Shown here: piece after piece, positions 11,898-24,224 of the stretch
How the letters are laid out: each line of letters opens with the position of its first letter
Numbering within the stretch: position 1 is the stretch's first letter
Assembly (NCBI GenBank): GCA_951406725.2
Contig: OX597814.1
Coordinates: 220,906,001 to 220,970,000, forward strand
Reading direction: 5' to 3'
DNA: 64,000 bases
Source of the DNA: Octopus vulgaris
Taxonomy: Eukaryota
Notes under the pieces: model-generated
Database searches by the model: none
What the model was told of the DNA's origin: nothing
Seen by the model: the letters and a program-made list of their open reading frames with translations, nothing else
Position numbers and translations under genes: made by a program

Positions 11898-12699
11898 TCC
11901 TATCAAATCACTAAATGGTAGGAGGTTCGCTCCCCTTCTCGCAATATACCGGACACAGATTGTGTCATTTGCCAACTGGAAGGTGTTCTCCTGGGGTTAA
12001 AAAATAGTAGTAACGCTGTTCCGTACGGAACAACCATGTTGAAGTAGCAACAAACATTACTTTTCAATATAACATTTAAATTAAAGCATGTTGACCAGGG
12101 TGATCAACTGTGGTTCAGAAAAGTCAGTAAGCCGGAAAGGCTTTGGAACAAGAGATTCTGGAAAATCTATGTTGTACTTGTCCTTTGGTATGTAATAATT
12201 TTAGTTTATGAAAGAGAATGTCAGTTTTTAATTGAAACTGCTTCCCTTAAATCATTGACGACAAAATTTCTTCATTTCATTCTATAAAGAGGACATAAAG
12301 ACGATATCTGAAAGGCACGGCTACGTGGTTAAGAAGCTCCCTTTGTAGCCTCGTGGATTCTGCGTTCAGGCCCACTAAGATGGGATATTGAACAACCTGA
12401 TGTAAGGTTAATGGTTCATATTCTGACGCTGGTGCTGAACTGTAACCGTGACAGTGAAAGGGCATTAAACTTTCAAATAGCCATGTTCACTTTGATACAA
12501 GTTGGAAGCACAAGGCTGTTGTTGCAAGTTTGCAGAACCGAATGAAAATCCACTTGTATGCATATGTTCGTGAAAGGTGAATTTCACATGGGTGAATTGT
12601 TCTAAATATATACTGAGCAGAAAAAGAGGTTCTGCAGTGCTTTTTTTTAAAGATATGACTGTTGTACATTAGAATTAAAGGTAGAGGGTTTAATTTTTA

Positions 12700-13050
12700 T
12701 CTCTTACTTGTTTCAGTCTTTTGACTGCGGTTATGCTGAGACACCGCCTTGAAGTGTTTTAGTCGAACGAATCGACTCCAGAACTTATTTAATGGGTCGT
12801 TTTTTTTGCCGAACCACTAAGTTACTAGGACGTAAACAATCCAACACCGGTTGTGAAGCGATGGTGGAGGAAGACATACTCATACATGCAAACACACACA
12901 CACACACACACATGTTTTAGTTTTCATCCATTAATTCCTTTCACAGGTTTTGGTCGACCTGGGACTGTAGTAGAAGACACTTGCAGGGGGGACTGAACCC
13001 GGAACCATATCGTTAGGAAGGAAACTTCTTACAGTAAGCCTCACCTGCCT
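12700..13050 (-). mobile_element. Diverged SINE family B
   Basis: TTACTTGTTTCAGTC...TTTGCCGAACC...GGGACTGAACCCGGAACCAT. Confidence 0.75.
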
Positions 13051-13096
13051 CTGCCTATAAAGTTAGCAAAAGATAAATCAATATGTTCGGTAGGGA

Positions 13097-13493
13097 AGGC
13101 GACGAGCTGGCAGAATCGTTAGCAAGCCGGGCGAGATGCTTAGCGGTATTTCGTCTGCCGCTACGGTCTGAGTTCAAATTCCGCCGAAGTCGACTTTGAA
13201 TTTCTTCCTTTCGGGTTCGATTAAATAAGTACCAGTTACGCACTCGGGGTCAATATAATCGACTTAATCCGTTTGTCTGTCCTTGTTTGTCCTTTCTGTG
13301 TTTAGCGCCTTGTGGGTAGTAAAGAAATAGGTATTTCGTCTGTCTTTACGTTCTAAGTTCAAATTCCGCCGAGGTCGACTATGGCTTTCACGCTTTCGGG
13401 GTCCATAAATTAAGTATCAGTTGAGCACTGGGGTCGATCTAATCGACTGAACCCTCCCCAAATATTTCGGACTCATGCCTAGAGTAGAAAAGT
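13097..13493 (+). mobile_element. SINE family A dimer
   Basis: Head GGCGACGAGCTGGCAGAATCG; unit restart after AAAGAAATAG at ~13331; tail CCTAGAGTAGAAAAG. Confidence 0.9.
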
Positions 13494-13649
13494 ATATGTT
13501 TGATAGGATTAAGCAATCAGAACGAATTTGTAAACAGCATCAGATTCTTCTGTAGATGAAATATGTACGGGATTTTATCGGGGTGGTGAACACATTGCAA
13601 CGATGTCCCCTTACTTTTACGTAAGTCGGACACTGACAATAAAAGTGTA

Positions 13650-13776
13650 TGTGACTATGTGGTAAGAAACTGACTTTCCAGTGGGTTCAGTCCCACTGTG
13701 TGGCACCTATGGTATATGTCTTCTGCTATATATCCTGGCTGACCAAAGTCTTGTGAGTGAATTTGGTAGACAGAAG
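13650..13776 (+). mobile_element. SINE family B 5' fragment
   Basis: GGGTTCAGTCCCACTGTGTGGCACC...TTGTGAGTGAATTTGGTAGACAGAA. Confidence 0.7.
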
Positions 13777-13779
13777 CAC

Positions 13780-13866
13780 CCTACTGAAGAAGCAGTGCTA
13801 CATATAGATTGGAATTACTTTATTTCAACCTATATTTAAGTCTGCAGAAACTATGCATGGTCTAGG
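13780..13866 (+). ncRNA. Type I hammerhead ribozyme with extended stem II (PLE terminal-repeat fragment)
   Basis: CCTA-CTGAAGA-aGCAG...(TATAGATTGGAAT/ATTTCAACCTATA hairpin)...CTGCa-GAAAC-tatgcatg-GTC-TAGG. Confidence 0.7.
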
Positions 13867-14105
13867 ATAATAAGGTAAAGGTTTTTAGTTTTCATTCACT
13901 TTCAGAATTACAACAATTAGTGGCTTGGAGTTTAACTGCTTTTTCTAGTGAGTCAGATATCCTATTTTTGGGGGTATCTCTTATATGTTTGAATGTACAC
14001 TGTATTATTCTCTGAGTAATGTATAGTATATTGACTAAATTTTTTCCTTCTCGCTAGACGACTGGTAACAAAGAATTTTTTCGATAAATATTCTTGCTAA
14101 CCTAG

Positions 14106-14160
<55 letters not shown>

Positions 14161-14163
<3 letters not shown>

Positions 14164-14625
14164 CAGTTTGTTGTACAATTTTGTAGCAATTGACATTAGA
14201 GATATACTCCAGTAGTTGGTGACGAGGGATAAATCACCTTTTTGGGGTATTGGGATGATTTGAGATTGGTGCCAAATCTTTGGAGCTATAAAAGTGGAAA
14301 GTGTGTGGTTGCAAAGATTGAGCAAAAGTACATGAAATCTATCATCCTTCCAAATTATAGCTGGGATGTTGTCGGGACCAAATGCTTTCGAGGCTTTCAG
14401 TTGTTTAGTGGCTGCTGTTAGTTCAAATATGGTAAAAGGGGAGGTGTTGATGTCTAGCGTATCTGATATAGGCACACTTGGAAGTGTGGGGTTATCAGGG
14501 ATCTTGGCATTCTTTCCAAGAAGGTTTTTAAAATGAGTTGACCAATTTTCTAAACGCTTCTTAGCTGATTCCCCTTTGATTCTAATTGATGACCCAGAAT
14601 GTTTGCCTGATAGGTCTTTGATGGA
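14161..14625 (-). pseudogene. RTE-type (RTE-X-like) LINE, inverted fragment of RT N-terminal region
   Basis: ORF 14110-14475: KAFGPDNIPAIIWK...IIPIPQKGDLSLVTNYWSISL...KLYNKLI. Confidence 0.8.
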
Positions 14626-16025
14626 TTACGTCTTCAACCATCTTAACCCCTGATGGGGAAACATCATCTTTCTCAATCAAAGCCGGAATACTGCAGGGAG
14701 ACACACTCGCCCCATTTCTCTTCATCATTGTCGTTGACTATGTGCTACGTATGTCAGTTGATACTATTTATGGTAAGGGCTTTGAAAAAAAACCTAGAAG
14801 TTCCAGACACCCAGCTGAATACTTAACAGACACTAACTTTGCTGACGACATCGCTCTTATCAGTGATTCTCTCTCCAATGCCCAGTCTCTTTTACAATCT
14901 CTTGAACAAGCCTCAAATTGTGTAGGTCTTTACCTCAATGAGTCCAAAACTGAATATGTAAACAAGTGCCTGTCCAACAGTGATTTCATCATCCATACTC
15001 TCAACAATACGCTCTTAAATATGGTTTCTAATTACAAATATCTTGGACCTGGGTATCTTGGTGGATTCCTCCTTTTCGCCTTCGGCCCAGTGCGTCCATG
15101 CTGCCAACAAAGCACGCGGAATTCTGTTCTTGATTCGACGGTCATTCGGAATGCTCACAGCAGCCATATTCCTACCACTCTATGTCACGCTGGTGAGACA
15201 CATATTGGAGTATGGGATTCAAGCCTCTTCTCCTTATCTCCTTAAAGACATATAGCATCTCGAAAGAGTCCAGAATCTGGCTATCCGCATGGTTCATGGT
15301 CTCAAAAATTTGTCCTACGAAGAAAGGCTGAGGACGCTCGACCTTTATTCTCTAGAAAAATGCCGCCGCCTTGGTGATCTCATTCTCGCCCACAACATCA
15401 TAAGCGGAAAGTGTAACCTCTCGAAAGAGCTGTTCTTCACTCCTGCTCCAGAGCGTCGGCTGCGGGGACATTCCGAAAAGCTCTACCTGCGACTGTTTCA
15501 TCTCAATCGAAGGAGAGGAGCTTTCTCCGTCCGGGTTGCGGATCCGTGGAACAAGCTGCCAGACGAGATGGTGAAGATGCCGACGACCGCTTTGTTCAAA
15601 GCCTCCCTGGACCTCAAGCGGCCTGAACTCTTTACATGAACACCACACTGTACTTAACTCCATGTCCCCCTACATGGCCTTGCTATTTGCTTTTGAGCCA
15701 AATTAACTAACTAACTAACTAACATACATATCATCATCTGAAAAAGATTTTCTAACTAGAAAGGGTATGGCCTAGTCAGCCTGTAATGATATGCATAAGA
15801 TCTGGTCATCAAAGTAGAGATTTCAAACTTAAAATCTTCAAACCTACAGTCGAACCAATTCTACTATATGGCTCAGAAACCTGGACGTTATCAAAGAAGC
15901 TTGAGAGGCGATTGGATGGAACTTACACTCGCCTCCTTATGAGAGCTCAAAATCTCTTGTGGAAGCGTCATACAACCAAAGTACAAATATATAGGAAACT
16001 ACCACATGTATCATCTCTTGTGAGA
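14626..16025 (+). pseudogene. RTE-type LINE RT fragment interrupted by CR1
   Basis: GILQGDTLAPFLFIIVVDYVLR...FADDIAL...YKYLG, resuming after 15723 as YISSSEKDF...YGSETWTL...[11 protein letters not shown]. Confidence 0.85.
15046..15723 (+). mobile_element. 5'-truncated CR1-clade LINE with (CTAA)n tail
   Basis: DLGILVDS...LYVTLVRHILEYG...LSYEERLRTLDLYSLEK...RGHSEKL...FSVRVADPWNKLP; short 3' UTR then (CTAA)n. Confidence 0.85.
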
Positions 16026-16029
16026 TGAT

Positions 16030-16059
16030 GCATATACATACATATATATATGCATATAC

Positions 16060-16108
<49 letters not shown>

Positions 16109-16485
16109 TATATATATACATATATATATATATGCATATGTATACATATATATATACATATATATATATGCATGTGTATACATATATATATGCATATATA
16201 TATATACATATATATATATGCATATATATATATACATATATATATATATGCATATGTATACATATATATATGCATATGTATACATATATATATGCATATA
16301 TATATACATATATATATATATATGCATATGTATACATATATAAATACATATATATATGCATATATATATATATATGCATATATATTTATGCATATATATA
16401 TACGCATATGTATATATATATATATATGTATATGCATATATATATATATGTATATCTCTATATATGCATATATACACATATTTAT
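16030..16485. repeat. Compound (TA)n microsatellite with CA/TG interruptions
   Basis: Directly visible; source of several spurious ORFs. Confidence 0.95.
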
Positions 16486-18568
16486 GTGCGCGTGTTTTTG
16501 TATTTGTACCCACCACCGCTTAACAACTTGGTTTATTTACGTACCCGTAGCTCAATTTGGCAAAAAGAGACCGACAGAATAAGAACTAAGCTTGAGAGTA
16601 ATTCCTGGGGTCGATTTGTTCGACTAAGCCCTTCAAGGCAGTGCCCCAGCTTTGCTGCAGTCCAAAGACTGAAACACGTAAAAGATAGATGATGAGATTT
16701 ATTCAATCAAAGTCTAACACCTGTGTATTAGAAAGTAATTTTAGCAACACCGTAACAAAGAAGTAATGGATATCAATTAACACTGGCAGTAGTTTTGAGA
16801 AAAAAATCACAGAAGCGGATCCATGGTTTTTTCCAAGGCTGAATTTCTGTAGACCTAGTTGTAATTGTTGTAAGTTTTTTTTTAATATTGTAACTATATA
16901 TTGATTTCGTTGGAGTTCTGTACAAAGTTGCATAAATTTAACAAAACCGATAACTGATAAAAACAGTAAAATTATTGCAATACTGCGAAGTAAGTTAAAC
17001 TGGTAATTTTTTTTATAAATATAAAAGTCGTTAATAGTTAAACTAAGGCAATTTATTCCAGAGTAATGCTAGGTAAATCACGAGCTTATATTTTTTCTTT
17101 AAAATAATTATTTAACAAGCTGATTTGCATACTTTCCCATTGTTTAGTAGATTTCATTGTCGCTGATACATCTGCTACTATTACAGCTAATTTATAAGCC
17201 ACATAAACGTGTTACACTTATGTTGGAATACAGTCAAGTCATTTTGGGAACAGTTTTTTTGTCAATGGTTCCCTCTTGGTATCCACTTTTACTTGTAGCT
17301 TCACGAATTGTCTATACGTGGCAGTGGATCACCTCCTGGAAGATAGCATGGGCAGGCTGATTAAACCGGGCTGATCGGAGTCGATGGGTTTTAAATTCAC
17401 AAAGAAATTACTTAATGTTTTGTTGGTAAAATGCGAGGAAACTAGCTTTTAGGGTACTGCGTTAGTAAACCCAATTACTTGTAGGTAAGCTTCAACGGGC
17501 AAGAGACAGAGGCAAGTATCATTGTGGGACGTTGCGTCTGAGCACGTCGATCACCCTGGTCACCCCACAGAATTCCTAATATACCTTTAGTAATATTGGT
17601 TCACATTGACACTGATCTGTGAAATCATCAGCGAAAAGTTGCATTAAAGTGGCCGGCGCAGCACCTCCTTGCTATAATCGAAGGCCAGTGGAAGTGGATA
17701 TGAGAAGCTTTTGTAAGTTCAAACAAACGACAGACTTCCGTTGCAGACACCAGGATTTCATTTACATCTGCAGACACCAAGATTTCATTTACATAACACC
17801 ACTTTCATTGTTATCTCGCTCATGAAGACACACACGAAGCGTAGAAGAGATAGATAGATAGATGGATAGATAGAGAGAGAGGTATTTTATGAGGAAAGGC
17901 AAATTCAACGTCAGCAGGAAATAAACTTAGAGCATATAGACCCAGAATAAAGAATACAGCAAAGTATTTTATTCCATCTTCTAAACTGTCTACCAATGCG
18001 TCTTGTGGGTGTGTGCGCGCACGCACACACGTGTTTGCAAAAATGGAAGCAGTTTTATTGATTATAGAGTGTTTCACCCGTTCAGATCGACGGGTTAAAC
18101 CATTGATAAATTTCTTATCTAAAGACTTCTCGCTTTATATTTGATAGCAAAATATTATGGATAGATAATTCATAAATGAAATAGTGCATGCCACACTTTG
18201 AAAGTGGCGGTTCGAAAACGAAAGCTTTGCCTACCTTTAACAGGTTTACTGTTCCATTGAATTGTCTTAATGAGAGTCACACATTTTTTATTTTAAAAAC
18301 GATGATACTGTTTTAACAACATTTTATAAATTTACAAAGCATTTAAAAGACTTACATGTATTTTATTCCAGAAGTTCTTTGATAATTATATTCATAGTAG
18401 CACAGCCATTGCCATGAAGATTTCCTTGTTATTTATTGGCATTTTTATTCTCCCTATTTTTCGTCTGCTTAAAGAGACATAAATTTAACAACGTTTAACT
18501 ACAATGAACTCTCGTTTCAATTCTTATTCATTCTCTCACCTTTACCCTGTATGCTACTCTAGGAGTAT

Positions 18569-18891
18569 AGTGAAGGCGCGTGGCTTAGTGGTTAGGCTCA
18601 CAATCGTAAGGTCGTGAGTTCAATTCCCGGCAACGCGTTGTGTCCTTGAGCAAGACACTTCATTTCACGTTACTTCAGTCCACTCAGCTGACAAAAAACG
18701 CGTATTACCTGTATTTCAAAGGACCAGCCTTGTCACACTCTGTGTCACGCTGAATCTCCCTGAGAACTACGTTAAGGGTACACTTGTCTGTGGAGCACTC
18801 AGTCACTTGCACGTTAATTGCACGAGCAAGCTGTTCCGTTGATCGTATCAGCTGGGGCCCTTGTTGTCGTAACCGACGGAGTGCTTCTTTG
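18569..18891 (+). mobile_element. SINE family C (tRNA-derived CORE-type) with TSD
   Basis: GGCGCGTGGCTTAGTGGTTAGG A-box, GAGTTCAATTCC B-box, CCTTGAGCAAGACACTT core; ACTCTAGGAGT repeated at 18556 and 18892. Confidence 0.85.
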
Positions 18892-20196
18892 ACTCTAGGA
18901 GTGTGATAAAACCCCCATTTTCTTAATAAATTCTATTCCTCATTAAAATTCAATTTCTTTTTGTCGTTTGACAGCCTTCTACTTTTCTGTTATCTTGTTA
19001 TCGTGTTAGTAAATAAATACACATTTTTAATACCAGTTAAATGTGGTGACATACATTACTATTGTTAGCAGTGTAATGATTTTACATCTTTAGAATATAT
19101 TTTTAACAAATGAGAATTTGCAGTAAACCATTAAGTGCATGGAAGATTGAAAATGCAGAAGCAACACGTAGCACTCTCAAAATAAAAAAAAAGCGCTTAC
19201 ATACTTGTCAAAATGTAAGATACTGGTTTATGACAAATCCAAGTAGTATAAGAATTTATGACACCGAGAGAATCTGATGGTGAAAAAAAAAATACATGGC
19301 AACTTAATAATATTGTGGTGAGTGTAAACCAAACGTTTCAGTAGAGCAGCAGAAGCTACTGAGTTAACTATTAAACACTTAGCCGGTGTAAAGGAAAAAC
19401 AGTTACCCTTTGATCAAAAACATGTGTTTTTAATCAAAAGGATGAATAAAGAAGAAAAATAATGGGCCGTTATTTTTCTTTTTGCAAATGTCCGCATAGA
19501 AAGAGATTGGGGAGTAAATTGTATAAAAGCCATTGGAAATATCGAAAAATATAAAAAGCTGTGTTCATTTCCTTTGCGTAAAAGGTAGAGGAGATTCAAC
19601 TTTGTTTACTTCCTTTGTTTTCTTCTTGTTTACATTAATACTCTTCAAAAACTATATTTAATAAGTGAGTGAAAATATGTGATGAAAGATGCTCAAAGGC
19701 ATTTGGCTTATTGATATTAATACCCTTCAAATACAATATTCAGAAAGTAAATGCAGTTATGAGACCTAAAGTGCGAGAAAGCATCTTTCTTTGTTGGGTA
19801 AGAGAAAGAATTGGCGGAGTCAAGTGACTTTTCACATCGAAGCCTTGCGTGCGCGTTTGGCGTTAAAAACAGAGTGGTACTGAAACGATTGTAACTGGTC
19901 ATTAAAGATGTACTAAACTTTTTTTTAATCCTCTTATTTGCATATTTGGCTCTTCGCTAGAGTCAAGCATTAGACTTGCTGGGGTAATACCTGGAATTTC
20001 TGCACCAGCAGAATTTTGATTTTCGTTGAGACTCCAATTGAAGAGTGTAGATAGCCTCGAACTTGGATTCAGTGCCGCATAGGAATTACTCTGATTTTCT
20101 AACCTTTCAGGACCATTATGTATGTATGTATGTATGTATGTATGTATGTATGTATGTATGTATGTATGTATGTATGTATGTATGTATGTATGTATG

Positions 20197-20231
<35 letters not shown>

Positions 20232-20476
20232 AATATGATGGATTTAGTTCACCGACGATCGAAACCAATAGGTACGCTGCGTAAGTGCTATAATTGGTCA
20301 TCCGTTAGTTTCTCAGTTCACAGCTGAGGCTGGAGCTAAGGATCCGTTGTAGGTTTCTGAGTCAGCGGGTATTTATCAAAGGAAAAGGAAAACAAAACCA
20401 AGGCTGGACGAGCATCTCAAGTTATTTAAGATATTTAATTAGAGTAAAGGTGAATTAAAAAAGTAGAAGTAATTAA

Positions 20477-20553
20477 TGTCTGCAGGTGTTTCTGAGATAT
20501 CTCAGGTAATGGGTCAGCACCCCCATACACTGTGTATTCTGTCGTCAGAGACA
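20477..20553 (-). ncRNA. Degenerate type I hammerhead with extended stem II
   Basis: Minus strand: TGTCT-CTGACGA-...ATGGG gtgctga CCCAT...-GAAAC-acct-GC-AGACA; 5-bp stem I, cleavage triplet damaged. Confidence 0.55.
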
Positions 20554-20776
20554 AGGAGTGTATGCAGGAAAGTTCCAGAAAGAATTTCAGTCGATAGGAG
20601 AATAAAGATAGAAGAACAAAGTTCTCAGTTCATCTTGTTCTGGAAGGTATGGAGGTTTGTTCGTATTTCCGTGAAGGTATACCGCCTTAAGTATAATCCC
20701 AGGTAAATCCAAGCAGTAGTTTGAGTGATGCATTCAGATTGAAGGAATACATCTAGCAGTTAGCGTTCGTGTAGAC

Positions 20777-23529
20777 CAGGGGTTCCCAACCTTTTTGTCT
20801 TAATCGCCCACTTTTCCACGCACAAAAGTTCCCATCGCCCACCTGTGCAGTAATTTTTAGGATGCAAAAATAAAGTATATTCAGAACGGTTGCTTAAAAT
20901 ATGAAATATTTATTGAGATGGAATTTTGCCAAATGGGCATTCGGAGTTGAAACGTTATTCAGAAGAATGAAGTTTTCGATTGCTAAATGTTTCTCATGAA
21001 ATAAAATTGAAAAATGATACATGTATTAAATGTTCAACAAACTCACCATGTTTAGCTTCCAGTGTGATCCTTGAGGCTGATGCAACGCAGCTAGTGTAGA
21101 CACATTTGGTTGCAAATTTGTCAATTTTAATCGCAAGTCTCCTCGTTTGGCCACATCCAGTCCACTTCTGCTTTTAGAAAGTAAAGTCCCAACCTGACTG
21201 AAACCAGATTCGACTAAGTACGACGTTGGGAAGGTAAGCAACATTAATTTCAAATGCTTCCATAAGTTGGGGGAAGAATTCAGCATACTTTCATGATACC
21301 ACAAGCCTTCTTTGCCATGGAACCGATATCGCATTGTGGCCTCATTATCATTTAGCAATTCAATTAGCTCCTCCTGAACGTCGTCTTCGCAATTGATTGC
21401 TTGGACTTCAAACGGTTTGCTATATCAATTTGGAATATTCAATCCAATTACATCTTGAAACCGCTCCATCATGTCATCATGCAATGATTGTAGATAGTCA
21501 CGATAGGTAACGATATCCTCATCAACCAATTAATCTTTCAAAGAATCCAGTTGTAGAAATTGATGCAATTGACGTTTGGAAATGTTTATTTTATACAGGA
21601 CCAATTTCGAAATGAAGGCGGTGATAAATGATTTACAGTCGACAAGAATTTTTTGCTTTCCTTGCAACAACTTAATCAAATCATTAAATTTAGTGAATAT
21701 ATCGCTCAGACAAAAAATATCGCGCTTTGCAGCAATCAATGAAGCCGACAGAAGAGTACTTTCAGAGAAAGATATGATCACATGAAACAGTTTAACAAAG
21801 CGAACAACACAGTTGCTCTTTGACAGCCATCGTACTTCGGTATGGTACAGAAGCCTTACAAAGTCATCATCATTATCCAGACACAGTTGACGGAAAATTC
21901 GATCAGACAAGGAATTTGATTTCAGCTTATTCACAGTTTTGATGACCAACAGCAGCGGATCATTCAACCAACCATTGATATTTTTTGCCACTAAATGTTG
22001 CCGGTGTATCACACAAGGAACTGTTAAAATCTGTTGAGAAATTTCACGCTTTAGGAGAGATGAAAAACCTCTGTGTCTTCCAACCATGGAAGGGCCCCCA
22101 TCAGACGCACAGGAAATAATATTGGTCAGTGGTATATGATATTCAGAAAGAAAACGCTTAAGCATATTGAAAATAGATGTACCTTTTGAATCAAGCAGCA
22201 AGTTCTCTGTGAACAGCATTCCCTCACAAGTTTGAAGGTATTCATTGAAATATCGAACATAAATATCATCAAACATTGGTTATCTATAACCGCTGACTCA
22301 TCCACTTGTATAGACAATTCAGAACACTGGAGAATTTGAACAAGTTGATTTTTGACATCGGTGGCCATTTCATCTAGAAATTTTATTGTTACTAAGTGGA
22401 ATTTTCTAGATAATCGTCGGACTTCTTGAGCATTACAGTCGGACAGAACTTCTTCAATGACAGGTCGAAGCAATGTTTCTCCTACAGTGTGGAACTTCCG
22501 GTCTTTGTGACCAGTAATGCATGCAATATTGTACGACGCAATCATACCATCATTTTCCTGTGCAGTTGCTTCCGTAAACATCGTGTTCAGTGTTTTCGGC
22601 TTTTCGAAAGAGGTTTGTCTTTTTTGTCGGAATTCTTGGAATCAAAATAATATTTCAAGTGTGAAGGTTTCATAGCCTCGTTGCTCAAAGTTTGCTGGCA
22701 TAGAAGACACATGGGTAGTTGACAGTTCTGAGGAGAAGCAGTAAATCCATATGATAGATAATTAATTCTGTACTGGCGACAAGTTTTCTTTACTGGAGAC
22801 ATCAGGAAAGTTAAAATTCGAAAAAAGAATTCATTGAAGCGGAATCGGCAAAGGCAGAAATTCACGATTGCACGCGGATGTGTGTGCGTCTAATGAAAGT
22901 ATAGTGACGTGATTAATGGGTCTGGTCACTACTTCTGATCTGATCTGAGAATAGCCCTAAAAAGGACTGATATCGCATACGATAAGGATGAACGGACGAA
23001 GGCAGAAATGAAAGGACGAGCGGACAAGAGATTTAGTTTGTTCAGTGATTTCTTCCCTACATGAAGCGGCAATACAGAAGTACAAGGAGTGTGTGAGCGG
23101 CAGAGGAGAGAACCGACGATATGCAAGCTGGGTCTGCTAAAGGTCAACTGGCGAAATCGTTTGAAGCCACTCTATTTATGCCTAAATAATCGTTTGATGT
23201 TTAGCCGCTGTGTAGGCGTCTTATTTTGGTGACTGAAGGGCTGTTTGTCTCACTGGGGTGTGGTAGCTAGATAGTAGATAGATAGAGTTGGTTGTTTCAG
23301 TAAGCAGATAGATAGAGTTGTTTATTTCACTGTTAAGGACAGATGAATTGCAATCATACAGCTGGACACTACTTCCTTAGTTTAGACGAGGGAAAACATA
23401 CTTTATTACCAAAAATTTTTTATCACCCACCAAAATTTTGATTACCAAAAATCCTTTATCGCTCACCAAAATTTTAGATCGCCCACCATTTCCTAAAAAT
23501 TCGCTCATCGCCCAGATTGGGAAACCCTG
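20777..23529 (-). mobile_element. Complete hAT DNA transposon, Buster/Charlie type
   Basis: 13-bp TIRs CAGGGGTTCCCAA / TTGGGAAACCCTG; identical 8-bp TSD GTGTAGAC (central TA) at 20769-20776 and 23530-23537; ATCGCCCA subterminal repeats. Confidence 0.95.
21059..22802 (-). pseudogene. Frameshifted Buster/Charlie-family transposase
   Basis: Collinear ORF pieces: RQY...YLSYGF...PMCLLC...LSNEAMKPSHL (BED-like), SIQVDES, CASDGGPSMVG, CVIHRQHL, HTEVRWLSK, FPTSYLVESGFS...RGDLRLKLT. Confidence 0.9.
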
Positions 23530-24224
23530 GTGTAGACATTATAAAAGAAGTGAGCAGCAGGAGTGTATAATCTGAGAAAGACAGTCAGATAGACCAATGC
23601 GTCATAATAGATATGTAGATCAGAGTGAAAGGGGTGGAGATGTGAGTGAGTGAAGAGAAGAGAAAAAAGAAGAAGGAGAGAATAATAGAAATAAAGATAA
23701 ATATAAAAATGTAAAGAGGATAAATAATGGAAATAAAAAGAATTAGAACGAAAATAAAAACAAAATATGAGGTAAAAGGCCGGTATTTTTCTTTGTCAGG
23801 GTAGATTCGGAGTGAGAGGTGAGGGGTCAAGATTTTGGTAAAATGAAGGAGGAAGTCAGACGACATTTTATGGCTATCAAAGGGTAATTAAATAGTTAGA
23901 TCGATTCTTGGTTCAGCGTAGTCAGAAGAAATATTTAACTTTAGTTCAGTGGTCAGTAAAGAGAGTTAACTTTAAGAGAGGGAATTTATTTGAAGTAATT
24001 AGAATTAAAAGCCAAGATTAAAAATTAACAATTAAAAAGACTTGTGTAGCCAGGCACTTCAAAGATACATATGCTGAGGGAACACGTATTAATAAGTGGA
24101 AGAAATACGTACGTATATTGTTATGACTTTGAATGAAGAGAGGCAGGTGTTGTAGGTATCATGTGCTGATTTCGTGTATATTGATTACGCTTGCATTTAG
24201 ACCTGTGAAAGAACCTAAAGGTAC

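Larger units (their letters stand above)
11582..12066. repeat. Long imperfect foldback (~225-bp arms, ~37-nt spacer) carrying two divergent hammerhead ribozymes
   Basis: TGAAAAGTAGTGTTTGTT... pairs with ...AACAAACATTACTTTTCA; shared blocks such as CCTACCATTTAGTGATTTGATAGGACCA / TGGTCCTATCAAATCACTAAATGGTAGG. Confidence 0.9.

Noticed and set aside
15937-16692. Long overlapping ORFs rich in Y/I/H/M/C
   Set aside because: Translations of (TA)n-type microsatellite; the same applies to ORFs at 32.1-33.2 kb, 36.2-36.7 kb, 42.2-42.6 kb and 45.6-46.0 kb
17742-17794. 27-bp tandem duplication
   Set aside because: Ordinary slippage duplication with no further structure
18575-18632. tRNA gene
   Set aside because: A/B boxes belong to a SINE head followed by CORE body and TSD; no complete cloverleaf (same for 1742 and 38383)
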